Shown here piece by piece: positions 40,187-53,339 of a stretch of DNA of 64,000 nucleotides. The translations under genes were made by a program, and so were the position numbers. Position 1 is the first letter of the stretch; every line of letters begins with the position of its first letter. The stretch comes from Octopus sinensis (lineage: Eukaryota), in the NCBI RefSeq assembly GCF_006345805.1, contig NC_043005.1:37138001-37202000 (forward strand), written 5' to 3'. The notes under the pieces were generated by a model, which was not told where the DNA came from, searched no databases, and worked only from the letters and a program-made list of their open reading frames with translations.

Positions 40187-43105
40187 TTGAGCATACATTT
40201 TTTAAACACTGTGTATGTTCAGCCCAGTCCAAATGAATATCATACGACTACCTTTCATAAGTGTTCAAATGGCATTTTATATTTAATATTGCTCTTTAGG
40301 ATAAATTACACTTTAATAGAAGACTTCAAAATCGGTTTCTTTGTATTGCTAAACCACCATTTGTATATGTAGAGGGATCGGCATGTGCAAATATTATTGA
40401 CATTATGTTATTAATGGGATCCAAAAATTTTGCTAAATCCAACTCTTTGATAGTAATCGATTGACAAACCAAATAATCAGTAGACTATATTTTATAGCAG
40501 CAGGTGAATTTGAAGGTGTGTGTTGTTGCTTTTGTTGACAATGTCTAGAGGCTTGCATCAGTACTTATTGTTTCCAGTGTAGAGTAATATTAGTGCTTGC
40601 GTGTGCTTATGTGTGCAAAAAGTGCACAATTTATGTATTTATATTATTTGTGTCTAAATATTAAATATATTCAGCACAAATAATCAAATAGGTGTTTGTT
40701 CATTCAAATGTCTGTCCAATCATCCACATAATATCTGCCTGCAAGCTCCTCTCTCCACCTGCCTGTAGGCATGACTGTGTGATTGAGAAGTTCACTTCAG
40801 AAATACATGGTTTCAGGTTTGGTCCCAATATATCACATCTGAAGCAAGAGCCTTCTAGTTTAGTTTTGGACTAAGCAGTGCCTTGTTTGTGAAATTTGGC
40901 CCTGTGTGGAAGCTCACTATATATGTGTGTGTGTATGTGTGTGCATGCATGTGCGTTTGTCTCTATGTTGACATTAATAGAAAATGTCTTATGACTTAGT
41001 GGTTTGATAAACAAAGATCAATGATGTGATTCTAAGGATGAGTATTCAGTTGCTTCATTGCTTTAAAAAAAGTAGACTGTCACTGAAGGTACCTCTTTTT
41101 CAAAGAAAAAAGAAGAGAGACAACAGTGCATTATTGAAAGCCAATTAACAGATCATAGATTTCTATATAAAAGTCAAATTAAATATATATATCATTACAA
41201 ATAACTTGTCATTTTTAAGATTTACCTGATGAGTAAGGATACCTACCCTACTTTAACTCTGAACTGTGTATTTACTTAACATTTGTAAGCAGTTCTCTAA
41301 ATGAATTAAATAGTCTTTATTATTTTCATTGTCTTTTTCAAAGGCATCTTTCTGTTTGTCAGCATCCAAAATGAACATGCCAACAACTCTGTCAGTAATG
41401 GTACTATCCATAGAAAATCTTCAAACCTGAAGCGCCTACTATTGTCAGTTTATTGACTTAGCTGATTGATTGAGTAGTCCACTGACATATTTGATCTTTA
41501 TGAGATTCTCATAGAAATTTAGTATGACTTAATGTGACAAGGCTGGACTTCTACACTGCAGTGATAAAATCTCTTATGGATGTCTTGTGTTTAAAAATAC
41601 AACATATATCAGAGAGAGATGAGCAATTGTCTTCCCAACAAATTGCAAGAATGCTAGGTGCATTTCAGCCTTTTTATGTTTTGTCAGTGATGTGGACTCA
41701 CCGTTAGCCACATGCCTAGAACATTCACTAGTATTGCGAATAGCTGCCGGGTACTGTTATCACAAATGGTAGCAACTTGTGGATCAGTTATATGCATTTG
41801 CCTCAATTACATACACTGGATTATTTGTTTAGGCCAGCAGCCATTACCAGTGAATATTTTTGTTCCCTCATTACTACACTGGAGGTGACAAAACTCATCT
41901 AGGTATGTAGCTGATAATATATATTGACAAGGCTCAAAGTGGCTTGAATGATTTCTCATCTCCCACCAATACATATTGTGTTTTTAAACATTGTACACAC
42001 ACAAGATATTTTATTTTAGACAAAACTGTAGTATCTTACTTGTTAATGATTTACATACTTTAAGTATGATACATTGGTATCTATTTTAATCTTTTAAGCT
42101 CTTCTGCTTAGTGTGCCTTTGTTTAATGTACGTATGTATATATGCATATGTGCATATATATGTGTTTGGATATGTATATGTGTACACATGTATGTATACA
42201 CATAACATGCTATACACAAATATTTACCTCTGTACATTCTGGACCATTATTGTTGAATTTCGTCTCTATTGTATCTTGTAAGCAACTCACTTAATTGGTC
42301 AGTGACACTAAGGTTAACCTGTAATATCAATCTTCTAAGGAATTTTTCAATTCATTGAATTCTCTGAGAAAATATGAAAATCCTTATAATAAACCCAGTG
42401 TCAGTGTATTGCAAGAAGAGCCGGCTTGTATGCCATTATTTAAAGAGCAATCAAGACAAGAACATAACACTAATGCTTAAATCAGAAAAGAAAACTTTCA
42501 GGAAAAATGCCAATTTTTCACTATTTTACTTACTGTGAAGCTTTACTTGATGTGAAATCTCATGAATTTGAAAAGCACAATACTTCTAGAAAAAAATGGT
42601 GTGTGCTGAATCTAAATGGTGATGGTTGGGTCAGATTTTGATGGCTTCTTTTGTGACAATTTGACACAGTGTGTTATTGTAAGAGCTGATGTGCAGATAG
42701 AATCTATATGAAGTAACCACTTCACTGTCAGATTTAGGACTTGTAATTTTTCCATTTCTTGTCTCAGAAAGGTGGTATCTAATTTGAAAGCATTATTTCT
42801 ATTTCAGTTTTCCTTTTTGTCCTGCTGTCATAATTGTTTTTCTTTTATTATTCAATATTAACTAGTGTTGGGAAATTTTTGAAATTTAGATATTCTTATG
42901 AATATGAACAGCTTACATGAGCTTTTTTTTTTTATATTTATTTCGTTCATGTTAGATTCCTATTTCATTCAACTGTAAAATATGAATTCAGGAAATTTTT
43001 CCATGCACAGTTCAGTTAGTCAAGCAAAGACAAGCATCATGCTTTGTTATCAAATACATAATATATATGTGTGTGTGTGCATGCACACACACACACACAT
43101 ATATA

Positions 43106-43612
43106 CAGGGTGTGATAGGCAAATTGTTGCCATTTTATATTTTCAATTTCATGCATGCACATTGTTTATTTTTGATTTTGTTCACTACACAGTATAGTAG
43201 TGTCAGTTGGACACTGTCTGTGAGAAAATATAACTATGACACAATTCACTCTGCCAGAAATTTAGAAATGACATGGTGTACTGCTTGGCATTTGCACCGG
43301 CAGCTCCTGTACAAACATTTCAAAGTGTTTGGGTATCAATCTGAGAAAAGTGCAATCTGAGGACATGTACCAGGAGCGATAAAAATGGTGTTTGGAGTGA
43401 TCACTAGTGATGGCAACATTATGCCTCTATTCATCTTCCCACACAGCCTGAGACTCAACACAGAGGCCTACATCAAATGCCTGAATGAGGTAGTGCTGCT
43501 CTGGGTCAAGAAGGTGGCTGCTGGAAGACCCTGTGTCTTGCAACAGGACTCTGCACCTATGATACACAAGCAGGAGAATCCAGTCATGGCTGTCCAACTG
43601 ACGCTGTGGAAG
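43106..43612 (+). mobile_element. Tc1/mariner-superfamily transposon remnant (5' terminus plus part of the DDD/E domain)
   Basis: TA|CAGGGTGTG terminus. ORF 43385-43615 MVFGVITSDGNIMPLFIFPHSLRLNTEAYIKCLNEVVLLWVKKVAAGRPCVLQQDSAP contains the QQD.AP second-aspartate motif. Confidence 0.9.
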
Positions 43613-44589
43613 TGAAGTGAGTCAATATTCCTTGTTGATATCGTGAATTGTATTTCTGCATTTTTAAAAACCTGTGGAATATAAAAATTTGTTACCTGAC
43701 AAATAAGTGCGAGTTGGTAACAGTGACAGCATCCAGCCAAAAATTCCTGCTTCAAATAATTTCACTAATCCATGGGGAAAAAGAATGTTAAATGAACGAA
43801 CAAAAGAATGAACTTAACACAGCAGCTGGAAAGGATAAAAAAAAAAAAGCATAAATTATGTTAATTTATATGATTTATTTTTAAGTTAAAAAAAATTGTG
43901 ATGCTGGTATGATTAGTCTTAGTTCTAACTGGAAATCAAGACTGACTCTTCAGCTTAACTCACAGACTCATTACTGCAGCATTGTGGTTTTCATTACACA
44001 CAAACATGTAAGCCAACACAAACAAGTGCACAGATGGACACATGCACACCCACAAACTGACAAACTTGTACACACACACAAAAATACATACATAGTACGA
44101 ATTCTAATTTTACAAATAATAATAATAACTACCCAACATAAATGCTTTTATCTGCAAGTCATTTATTAGCTTAATTACAGATCAATACATATACACATAT
44201 ATATAAACACACATATATTTATTCATATATATATATTCATACATTTAAATATAAACAGATACTCATACACTTATACACATGTGTATGAATGTATGCATGT
44301 ATATATATATATGTGTGTGTGTTTGTGTGTGTGTGTATGTATGTATATATTTATATGTGTGTATTTGGGAATAAATACATAGTGATATAAGTATATATAC
44401 CTTTATGTATGTGTATTATATGTAAATGTACACACATCCGTATGTATCATTATTATCATCATTGTTTTTTCATAATATATATGTGTATACATAAATTTAT
44501 ATAGATGAATATTATTTGTGTATGTGCACACATACATACATAAATACATGTACACACACACATTTATATATGCACACACACATATACAT

Positions 44590-44598
44590 ACATATATA

Positions 44599-44654
<56 letters not shown>

Positions 44655-44699
44655 AGTATATATATATATATATATATATAGATATATATATATATATGC

Positions 44700-44746
<47 letters not shown>

Positions 44747-44864
44747 TATATGCATATATATATATATATAATATATATATAATATATATACATATATATA
44801 TATGCATATATATATATGCATATATATATATGCATGTATATATATATATATATATATAATATAT

Positions 44865-44900
<36 letters not shown>
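44590..44900. repeat. About 300-bp interrupted (TA)n microsatellite
   Basis: Direct inspection. Confidence 0.95.
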
Positions 44901-45513
44901 GAACAATTTATCCACACTTAGCTATCTGAATAGAATCTAATATTGTTAGTAGAGTTAATTACCAAACCATTAGCTCATTACTGTACTTGTGCTGCTGTTG
45001 GTTAGAAGAATTAGTAGCTTGTGATCTGTTTTAAGTAGACATCAAAGCATGACTTTAAGTTTCCTGATTATTTCATCTATTTATGGCTTTGTTACACAAA
45101 AGATGACGCATTTTGGGATTTGTTCTAATAACTCAAAGAATGGAATGGAAAAAGAAATATATACATACAAATGAATCATTAAGAGAGTGAGAGAGAGAGA
45201 GAGCGAGAGAAGTGAAGAGAAGCAAACTGGCACGTCCTATATGATGTGATAAAAATCAAGATGTTTTCCTTCTATCAGTAATCATCTGCTGCTTGCACTT
45301 AGTTTGAGCTGGATCAAGGATCAGGTAGAAGTGTCTATGCAATGTATGTGTCTGTTTCTCTGCATGTGATGTATGTGTATATGTGTGTATCTCTGTGTTC
45401 ACATGTTTGTAATGTTACATGTGCAGTGCACTAGTATTTTGATATGTTGAAAGATATGCACTTGAGTGCATGTGTCCATGTAATATATTGGTATATATAT
45501 ATAATATATATAT

Positions 45514-45660
45514 AAATTATAATTTAGGGTATCTAAGAGATACTGCTACGCTGGAAATAGCAGCCAAAACCTGGCTCTAAAACCACATTAAATGTTTAGT
45601 CAGGTTTTGGCTGCTATTACCAGCGTGTCGGTATCTCTTAGATACCCTAAATTATAATTT
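45514..45660. repeat. Near-perfect inverted repeat, 60-bp arms, 27-nt spacer (probable MITE)
   Basis: 45514-45573 versus the reverse complement of 45601-45660: 56/60 identical. Confidence 0.9.
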
Positions 45661-46342
45661 TAATAATAATTATTACCTTCGAAGATTTTTATTCTCATGC
45701 TGGCCACTTGATAAGATAGATATTTAAATTAATGATCTTATCCTTATTTATATAAATATATATGTATATATATATATACCGAGTAAGCACATAAATGTGA
45801 AACAAGGTGGAAAAAATAGTACTCAAATACCTGAAAAACAGCAAAAATATCACAAAAACTGTTACTCAGAGTTTCATGTTCCCATTTGTCGGACAGTTTT
45901 GTTTAGAATGGAACAGAAACAAGGTTATAAGCAAGCATATACAGTAAGTTTAATGGATACAAATTTGAAAATGATTTTGTTTCATTGGTCCTTTCAACTA
46001 ATGGTCTTTACAATGACCGGTAGCATGCAATGGACAAATATCAGTATAAAATCATTTTATAAAGTTGAGGAAACCTTAAATCAAAGAGTTTATAAATGCA
46101 TAGGGTAGATAATTACTTGTAAAATATAAATGTAAAAAATAAATCAATTAATACATTAAAAGTTATATACATTTAGAAATTAAAAATTTTCATGTTGGAT
46201 TACGTGTACATTAGCAGCATATGCACATACTAATTATTTCAACTGCTACTGCAATATCCTCTGTTCCAGTACTCTTTGTAGGACCTTTATATTTCATTGA
46301 CTATTATCACTGAATTTCATTATCCAGTTCCCATCTTTTTAT

Positions 46343-46802
46343 GCACAGGCATATCTGTGTGGTTAAGGAGCTTGCTTTGTAACCACAGGGTTTTGAGTTC
46401 TATCCTACTGCATGGTACTTTGGACAACTGCCTTCTGCTATAGCCTCAGCCTCACTGTGGCTTGTGAGTACATTTTGTACATGGAGACTGTGGATACCTA
46501 TCATATTTCTGTTTATCTATTTATCTCTCTATTTATCTACCTATTCATCTATCTATCTCTGTATCTCTCTCTATATATATCTTATTGTAGGTTTGGCTGT
46601 CTGTCTATCTTACTTGACAACCAGTGTTGGTTTACCAATGTATCTGTCACTTAGCTGTTTGGCTAAAGAGAGAAATAGAATATGTACCAGGCTTTAAGAA
46701 ACAAAAAATAAAAATTCTGGTTGATTAATTTAACTAGACGAATCAAGGCAATGCTCCAGCATGGCTACAGTCCAAAAACTGAAATAAGTAAAGCTAAAAG
46801 AT
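46343..46802 (+). mobile_element. SINE family A with central (TCTA)-type microsatellite
   Basis: Head GCACAGGCATATCTGTGTGGTTAAG and tail CAGCATGGCTACAGTCC...ACTGAAATAAGTAAAG. Confidence 0.8.
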
Positions 46803-49229
46803 AAATCATTCCTTATAATCACCACAGTCTCTGTTTGCATGGATTCCTCTACTATTATGGTTGAATCATTGAACACTGTTTCTCTATTTACATGTCACCT
46901 GTTTTAAATGTCTTTGTATATTTGACCAACTCCTAACTAAACTAAAGCCTACCACTGCCGATACTACTGTCACTGCTTCATCCAGTTCCCATCTTCCATT
47001 CTCATCACACTTTTCTGAAACTCTTTCAGTTAGTAACCATGGTTCTGTTAGCAGTTGTGTCCACACAAGACTGTATAATTGATGAGTAGTTCAGAGACTT
47101 AGAGTTGTGAGTTTAATTGATGTCACTTTTTTGAATAGCAAGAGTGCCACGTACATGACTTGCTCACCTATATAATTTGTGCACTGACATCAGTCACTTG
47201 ATTGGTAATAAGCACCTGTTGCAAGTTTTCAGAGAGTGCTCCTAACTAATAGGATTTCTGCATTTGTAAGACGTGATCTGAAACAAAATTATATATAAAA
47301 CTACTATTTAATTTGAGTTACTTTTTAACATTCCATTAGGTTTTTGGAGATTTAAAAAAAAAAAAATTCTTTTTTTCTAGATTTTTTTTTTTATGTGAAT
47401 CACCTAAGTGGAAAGGATTTGCCATGTTTGAAACTTAGATATGTGTCTAAATATAGCTTAAAGTTGGCTTTAATTATGGTTCTTTGTTTGGAATTTGCTT
47501 TTGACTATTAACTGGAGGACTGACAAAATTTCAGTACATAAGCACACACACACACAAACATGTATGCACACACATCACATATATAAAAGTATGTATATAT
47601 GGATCCATTGTTTGTTTTATACTCTATACATGTATTGTAAATTTTCACTGCAGTTTGAAACAGAAAGGCAGGACTAATTCTAAGATCTTATACATTTTTA
47701 TTTCAGTTCTCACTGAGATTTACTATGACTATCAGCCTTTGAAGGTGGAAGAACTGTCAGCTCTTTAAAAGTGGAGAGACTGCTTGTCCTCTAAATCTAG
47801 AAATCCTGTGATTCCTCTAAATGTATACTAGGATGCTGAGCACCTTAGAACCCTCATAAAATGTGTACCCTCATTCTTTAATGCTTCAATGTGTTCCCCT
47901 TTTACAAACCCTATAATGTATTTCCTCTTCTCCTAGCTCTACATTATCCCCCACTTTTAACAACTTTTTACAAATTTCTCCTGCATTCACCCTCTTAACA
48001 CCAACTGAAAATGCTATTGAAAAAGCTGTAATTATTTGCTTAATAATTATTGGTTTCAAATTTTGGTACAAGACCAGCAATTTCAGGGTAAGGGCTAAGT
48101 CAATCTTGGTAGAATTTCAGAATGTAAGATGGACAAAATATTGCTAAGCATTTTGCCTGATGTGCTAACAATTCTGCTAGCTCATCACCTTTATTTGTTT
48201 AATAATTATTATTTTCACTGGGTAGATATGTTATCTTGCAAAACTTTACATGTTTCATGCTAAATCATTTGACAAGTCATAACTTTATGACTTGTCAGTA
48301 GAGATGAAAGGGTCATGTGATGTTAGCCATATGACCATCTCATCTCTAGTGACCAACTCTTACTTTGTCATTCATCCTTCTCTGTCCCAGGACTGCCCTG
48401 CCCTGTTCCTTTTGTTATTGTGATTTTGAGCCTTTAGTTTTATTGAGATATTTCAAGTTGTTTAGAATTTGTATAGCTTCCCAAAATTTTAGCACCCAAG
48501 GTGAATGACCAATTTGCTTAGTAAGTAACACTGTATTTATTAGTACCATGAACTTTGGGTTTTCTAATGATTTTAATGATTTGTAGAATATTCAATATTA
48601 TGTCATATGGTGCTTTGGTACTTTGTTTCAATTTATTCAGAGGTCTGTGAGAAGGAAGGGTTTTGTTAATGGTGCTAATTTAGTCTGTTGTTTACAACCA
48701 TGATTTTGACTTTTGTTCGTTGAATTAGTCAGTGACCTGTGATGTAATAGCAGTTACTTGTTGAGATAATTTAACTGTAACCAGTGTGTAGAATTTACAT
48801 TTAAGACCAACAAATAATGATACAATTTAATTTTCCAAAATAACTTTACTCATAAAAAATTAATTCAATATTTCTATAGATATTTTAATTTTGAAATTGT
48901 TCCACAACTTTAGCTCATATTAATGTATATTCATCATAATAGATGATGTGTGTCAGTTATTCTTTAAAGTTGTTGTTTTCCTCTTTATAGCTATTTTCCA
49001 AATAATAGTAAATTTCTTTTATATTATATAAATTGAGAATATTTCCTGTGGATAAATGGTTAAATTTATCAGCAAAGATCATTATAGAAAATACTGCTAA
49101 ATAGTTCTGCAGAGCTTGGATGCAGTAGCAGGAATTTAAGACTGAGCGAAACTGTATAAGTTGAACAGCAAAGCAAAAATGCAATAGAATATTTTTCAAT
49201 GTGGATTTACGTTAGTTGTTAGGTATGAG

Positions 49230-49850
49230 GTTAAGTTTGTACTTATTTTATCGACCCTGAAAAGAATGAAGGGAAAAGAGAATCTCAAGAGAATTTCAGA
49301 ATGTTAAGATGGATGAAATATTGCTAAGCACTTAGCCTCCCATGCTAACAATTCATATTTCTTTATTGCCCACAAGGGGCTAAACATAGAGGGAACAAAC
49401 AAGGACAGACAAAGGAATTAAGTCGATTACATCTACCCCAGTGCGTAACTGGTACTTAATTTATCGATCCGAAAGGATGAAAGGCAAAGTCGACCTCGGT
49501 GGAATTTGAACTCAGAATGTAATGGCAGACGAAATACCTATTTCTTTATTACCCACAAGGGGCCAAACACAGAGGGAACAAACAAAGACAGACATAGGTA
49601 TTAAGTCGATTATATCGACCCCAGTGCTTAACTGGTACTTAATTTATCGACCCCGAAAGGATGAAAGGCAAAGTCGACCTCGGCGGAATTTGAACTCACA
49701 ATGTAACGGCAGCCGAAATACCGCTAAGCATTTCACCCGACGTGCTAACGATTCTGCCAGCTCGCCGTTAAGCATTTCGCCCAGCGCGATAACATTTCTA
49801 CCAGCTCGCCGCCATGCTAAAAATTCTGCCAGCTCATCACCTTTATTTGT
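49230..49850 (-). mobile_element. Nested SINE family B cluster, including a young CpG-retaining copy (49536-49768)
   Basis: Young copy keeps CGGCGAGCTGGCAGAATCGTTAGCACGTCGGG...GAGTTCAAATTCCGCCGAGGTCGAC. Confidence 0.9.
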
Positions 49851-50773
49851 TTGATAATCATTATTTTCACTGAGTAGATAAATAGTTGTGAATAGTTGTG
49901 CAAAGCTTGGATGTAGTAACAGGAATTAAGGTGCAAGTGAAACTGTAGAAGTTGAACAGCAACAACAATAATGCTTCAGAATATGTTTTCCAATGTGGAT
50001 TTACTTTAGTTATTAGGCATGAAGGGTACTGTTAAGTTTATTTAAATTGTAATAAGTATTTGATGAAGAGAACTTTGAACACTGCTTGATTAGGAAATCT
50101 TGATATGAAACAAACTTATTATGCAGGCAAATTATTACTGTTTTATGAAAGACTTCTGAAATCTTTGAAAGAAAGCACTGAACATTTTTTCTTCTCTTTC
50201 AAACGTGTACATTGGTCAACAAAAGTTACTTAAGGTTAATTAGAAATAGTATGGAACTTGTGGTATCACCAGCAGGGTAGAATCATAAATAATGCACAGT
50301 AAAAAACCTATCTTTTACCTTTTACTTGTAGTGATTGGATTCACATTGTTCTGGGGCACTGATTTGATGGGTTTAGTCAAACAAATTGACCCCAGTACTT
50401 AATTTTCTAAAGTCCGGTACTTATTCTATTGGTCTCATTTGGCAAACCATTAAGTTATAGAGACATAACCAAACCAACTTAGACTGACAACCAGTGGGAG
50501 GACAAACACTCACTCAAACTCTCTCTCTCTCTCTCTCCCTCTCTCTCACACACACACACATACAGACTATATATATATGTGTGTGTGTGTGTGCGTAGTT
50601 GAAATTTACAGAATAACAAAAGACGAAGACAGGTGTATGAACCACAAGCAGACATATTAGTTTGATGCTTGGGGAAGTGAGAAAGTCTTTTATGTCTTGA
50701 GGCGGCGCTCTTCTTTAGAAAGGAACAAGAGAAAATAAATAGCGAGCAAATAAAACAACTTGTGGATTCAGGT

Positions 50774-50810
<37 letters not shown>

Positions 50811-51069
50811 ATATATAACATGTAAAGGTGATATCCTAGATGTAGGAAGTTAATAAGCTTGAAGCAGTCCATAAAATGTATAAGAAACAATTTTCAGGTT
50901 TATAGACATAGAAGGTTGTAAATTTTTCCCATATTGAAGTTGGATAAGCTAAAAAAAGTTTTTTTATAGTTCAATTTTAGCAACTGGGGTTGTTGTGTAT
51001 GTGAAGCTGTATATACATATATCTGTGTGTGTGTGATATATATAAATATATAACTTACTAGTTAACTTA

Positions 51070-51227
51070 CTACACTCTCAGAGTGGTTGACTTTAGGAAG
51101 GGCATCCAGCTATAGAAACTCTGCCAGATCAAGATTGGAGCCTGGTGCAGCTATCTCGTTTGCTAGTCATCAGTAAAATCATCCAACCCATGCTAGCATG
51201 GAAAGCGGACGTTAAACGATGATGATG

Positions 51228-51230
<3 letters not shown>
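51070..51230 (+). mobile_element. RTE-type 3' end with (GAT)n tail
   Basis: ...CCAACCCATGCTAGCATGGAAAGCGGACGTTAAACGATGATGAT; same tail at 1731-1780, 56581-56760 (-) and 56881-56928. Confidence 0.8.
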
Positions 51231-51275
<45 letters not shown>

Positions 51276-51369
51276 ATAAATCACATGGTTATAAAGCAAA
51301 CTTCTTAACCACACAGCCATGCCTGTGATTATGTGGACAGAATAAAAAATAACTTTACTGTCAAGTGAT

Positions 51370-52040
51370 GCAATATAAATATTTTTTTAAAATTGCAAAA
51401 ATTAATGGCAAGCAATTTGAGGAACTAATAGCATAAATAAAAAGATGTTAGTAAATTTGTAATTTAACTTGGGGAATTAACCATTTTCAGAAATGCAGCT
51501 GAGCTATTGATAATTTTCAGATATTTGTATGAAAATAGTATAGTCAACCTGTGTTTTTTTGTCTTTGTTTTTGATTGATTATGATACAGATATATAACAA
51601 AGAAAAGATGTTTCCATTAAAGTAGACCATTTTTTTCAGGAGGTATGTCCCAAATGGAACAGCTGTATTGATGTTTGTTCTGATTGCGCAGCAGCAATCT
51701 CAAGAAAAACATGTAGGATTTTAATCTAAAGTTGAATCTGCCAGCAGTGCACTTGCTGCATTCACCAACTGTATGAATCATGAAGCAACATTAATAGTAA
51801 AAAAAAAAAACAACATTTATTTAAAGCTGAGTGCAGTAATACAAGATGTAGTTAAACATTAGCAGTGTGATTGCAAGTCATGTTTGAATAGTTGTCTATT
51901 TGCAAGACTATCCCAGGATATAGGATCTGAGATCAGTCAAAATTTATTCTATGCAGAAGCATGTTGGTTGTCAAAAGGATAAGCTTTGAAATGATTTGCA
52001 GGCTTAAAAATCAAAGCAATGATGTTTTTCTCAGCAAAGC
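51370..52040 (+). mobile_element. hAT (Charlie/Buster-like) transposase remnant
   Basis: Peptides RNAAELLIIFRYLYENSIVN, VDHFFQEVCPKWNSCIDVCSDCAAAIS, FTNCMNHEATL and SCLNSCLFARLSQDIGSE...FYAEACWLSKG. These parallel the Buster/ZBED5-type motifs (AQLL.FVRY; W..C..ICTDGAAAM; HC.IHREAL; NSRLF..LC.EMGS..LL.HTEVRWLSRG). Several stops and frameshifts. Confidence 0.85.
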
Positions 52041-52243
52041 ATTTTCATCATAAAGCAATTCCTACTGATGGAATGAAGTTAAAAAAAAAAAATCATTGCG
52101 AAATTAAATTATTCTTGACTGAAATAAGCTGTTAAGGTTTGCTTGTGGTGTATTTCAACCATACTGATCAAATCATCAAAACCAATGTTATAACACACAC
52201 ACACTGTATTATAAATATGTATGCATATATTATATATGTATGC

Positions 52244-52278
<35 letters not shown>

Positions 52279-52289
52279 GGGTTGTGTGT

Positions 52290-53280
52290 ATATCATCATC
52301 ATCATTTAATGTCTGTTTTCCATGCTGGCATGAGTTGGACAGTTTGAAAGGACTGGCCAGCTGAAGAGCTGCCCAAGTTCTATGTCTGTTTTATCATGAT
52401 TTCTATGGCTGGATGCCCTTTCTAATGCCAATCACTCTACAGAGTGTACTGGATGCTTTTACACAGCACTGTCATGGCTGTTTTTTTGCATAGCACAAGC
52501 ACCCATGATCCCGCAAGGTTAGGGATGCTCAGCTGGAGAGGGATGCAGTGGACAGTCTGTATGCAAGGACAACCATGCTTTTACTTACTTTGATGTCTCT
52601 TTTCAACTACAGCAAACTGCCAGGAGTCTTGGTCTTCTGTTATTCTTCCTGTAAGTCCCAACATCCATAGACCTTTTCTCACCATTTCGTCCTAATTCTT
52701 CCTGGTCTACCCTTCCACATGTTCCCTCCACAGTTAGAGATTGGCACCTCTTGATGCAGCTGTCTTCATTCATACACATTACATGGCCATACGAGTGCAG
52801 TCTCCTCTCTTGCACACTACATCTGATGCCTTGTATACTCTATTTTTCTCTCAAGTCACTTAGACTCTGTCATATATGCACACTGATATTACACATCCAG
52901 CAAAGCATGCTGGCTTCATTTCTTTCAAGGCTTTGCATATCCTCAATAGTCACAGCTCATGTCCCACTGCCATGTAGCATGACTGTTTGTACACAGGGAT
53001 CATACAGTCTACCTTTCACTCTGAGGGAGAGGCACTTTGTTATTGATAGATGCTGTAGCTTTCTGAATTTCACTCAGTCTATTCTTTTTCTTGCAGCTAT
53101 GTTTTCAGAACGACCTCCCTCACTACTAACTTGGTCACCTAAATAATGGAAACTGTCTTCTTCTTCTAAAGATCTCCCCAGACATTTGAGAGTCTATTTT
53201 CTGTACATTCCTGGCGTTTAATGTACCTGCACATCTGTCACATCTAAAGACTACTTTCTCTGTTAGTCTTCCAGTGATAC
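52290..53280 (-). mobile_element. RTE-clade LINE 3' portion including 3' UTR and (GAT)n tail
   Basis: Minus-strand peptides LSLRVKGRLYDPCVQTVMLHGS, LERNEASMLCWMCN and QERRLHSYGHVMCMNEDSCIKRC match the RTE post-RT region (RRL.W.GHV.RM). Tail (CAT)n at about 52293-52306. Confidence 0.9.
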
Positions 53281-53299
53281 CATATATATATGTGTGTGT

Positions 53300-53339
<40 letters not shown>

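Noticed and set aside
40498-40503. Possible 6-nt + strand microexon CAGCAG (TTTTATAG|...|GTGAAT)
   Set aside because: Competing AGs just upstream, weak polypyrimidine tract and no supporting neighbouring exons.
41253-41411. 52-aa minus ORF MDSTITDRVVGMFILDADKQKDAFEK...
   Set aside because: Unrecognised and within the size expected for chance ORFs.
46899-47014. Minus-strand 116-nt exon candidate EKCDENGRWELDEAVTVVSAVV..., with TACTAAC upstream
   Set aside because: The CDENGRW likeness to HRM/sushi domains lacks the partner cysteine, the acceptor has no pyrimidine tract and the branch distance is short.
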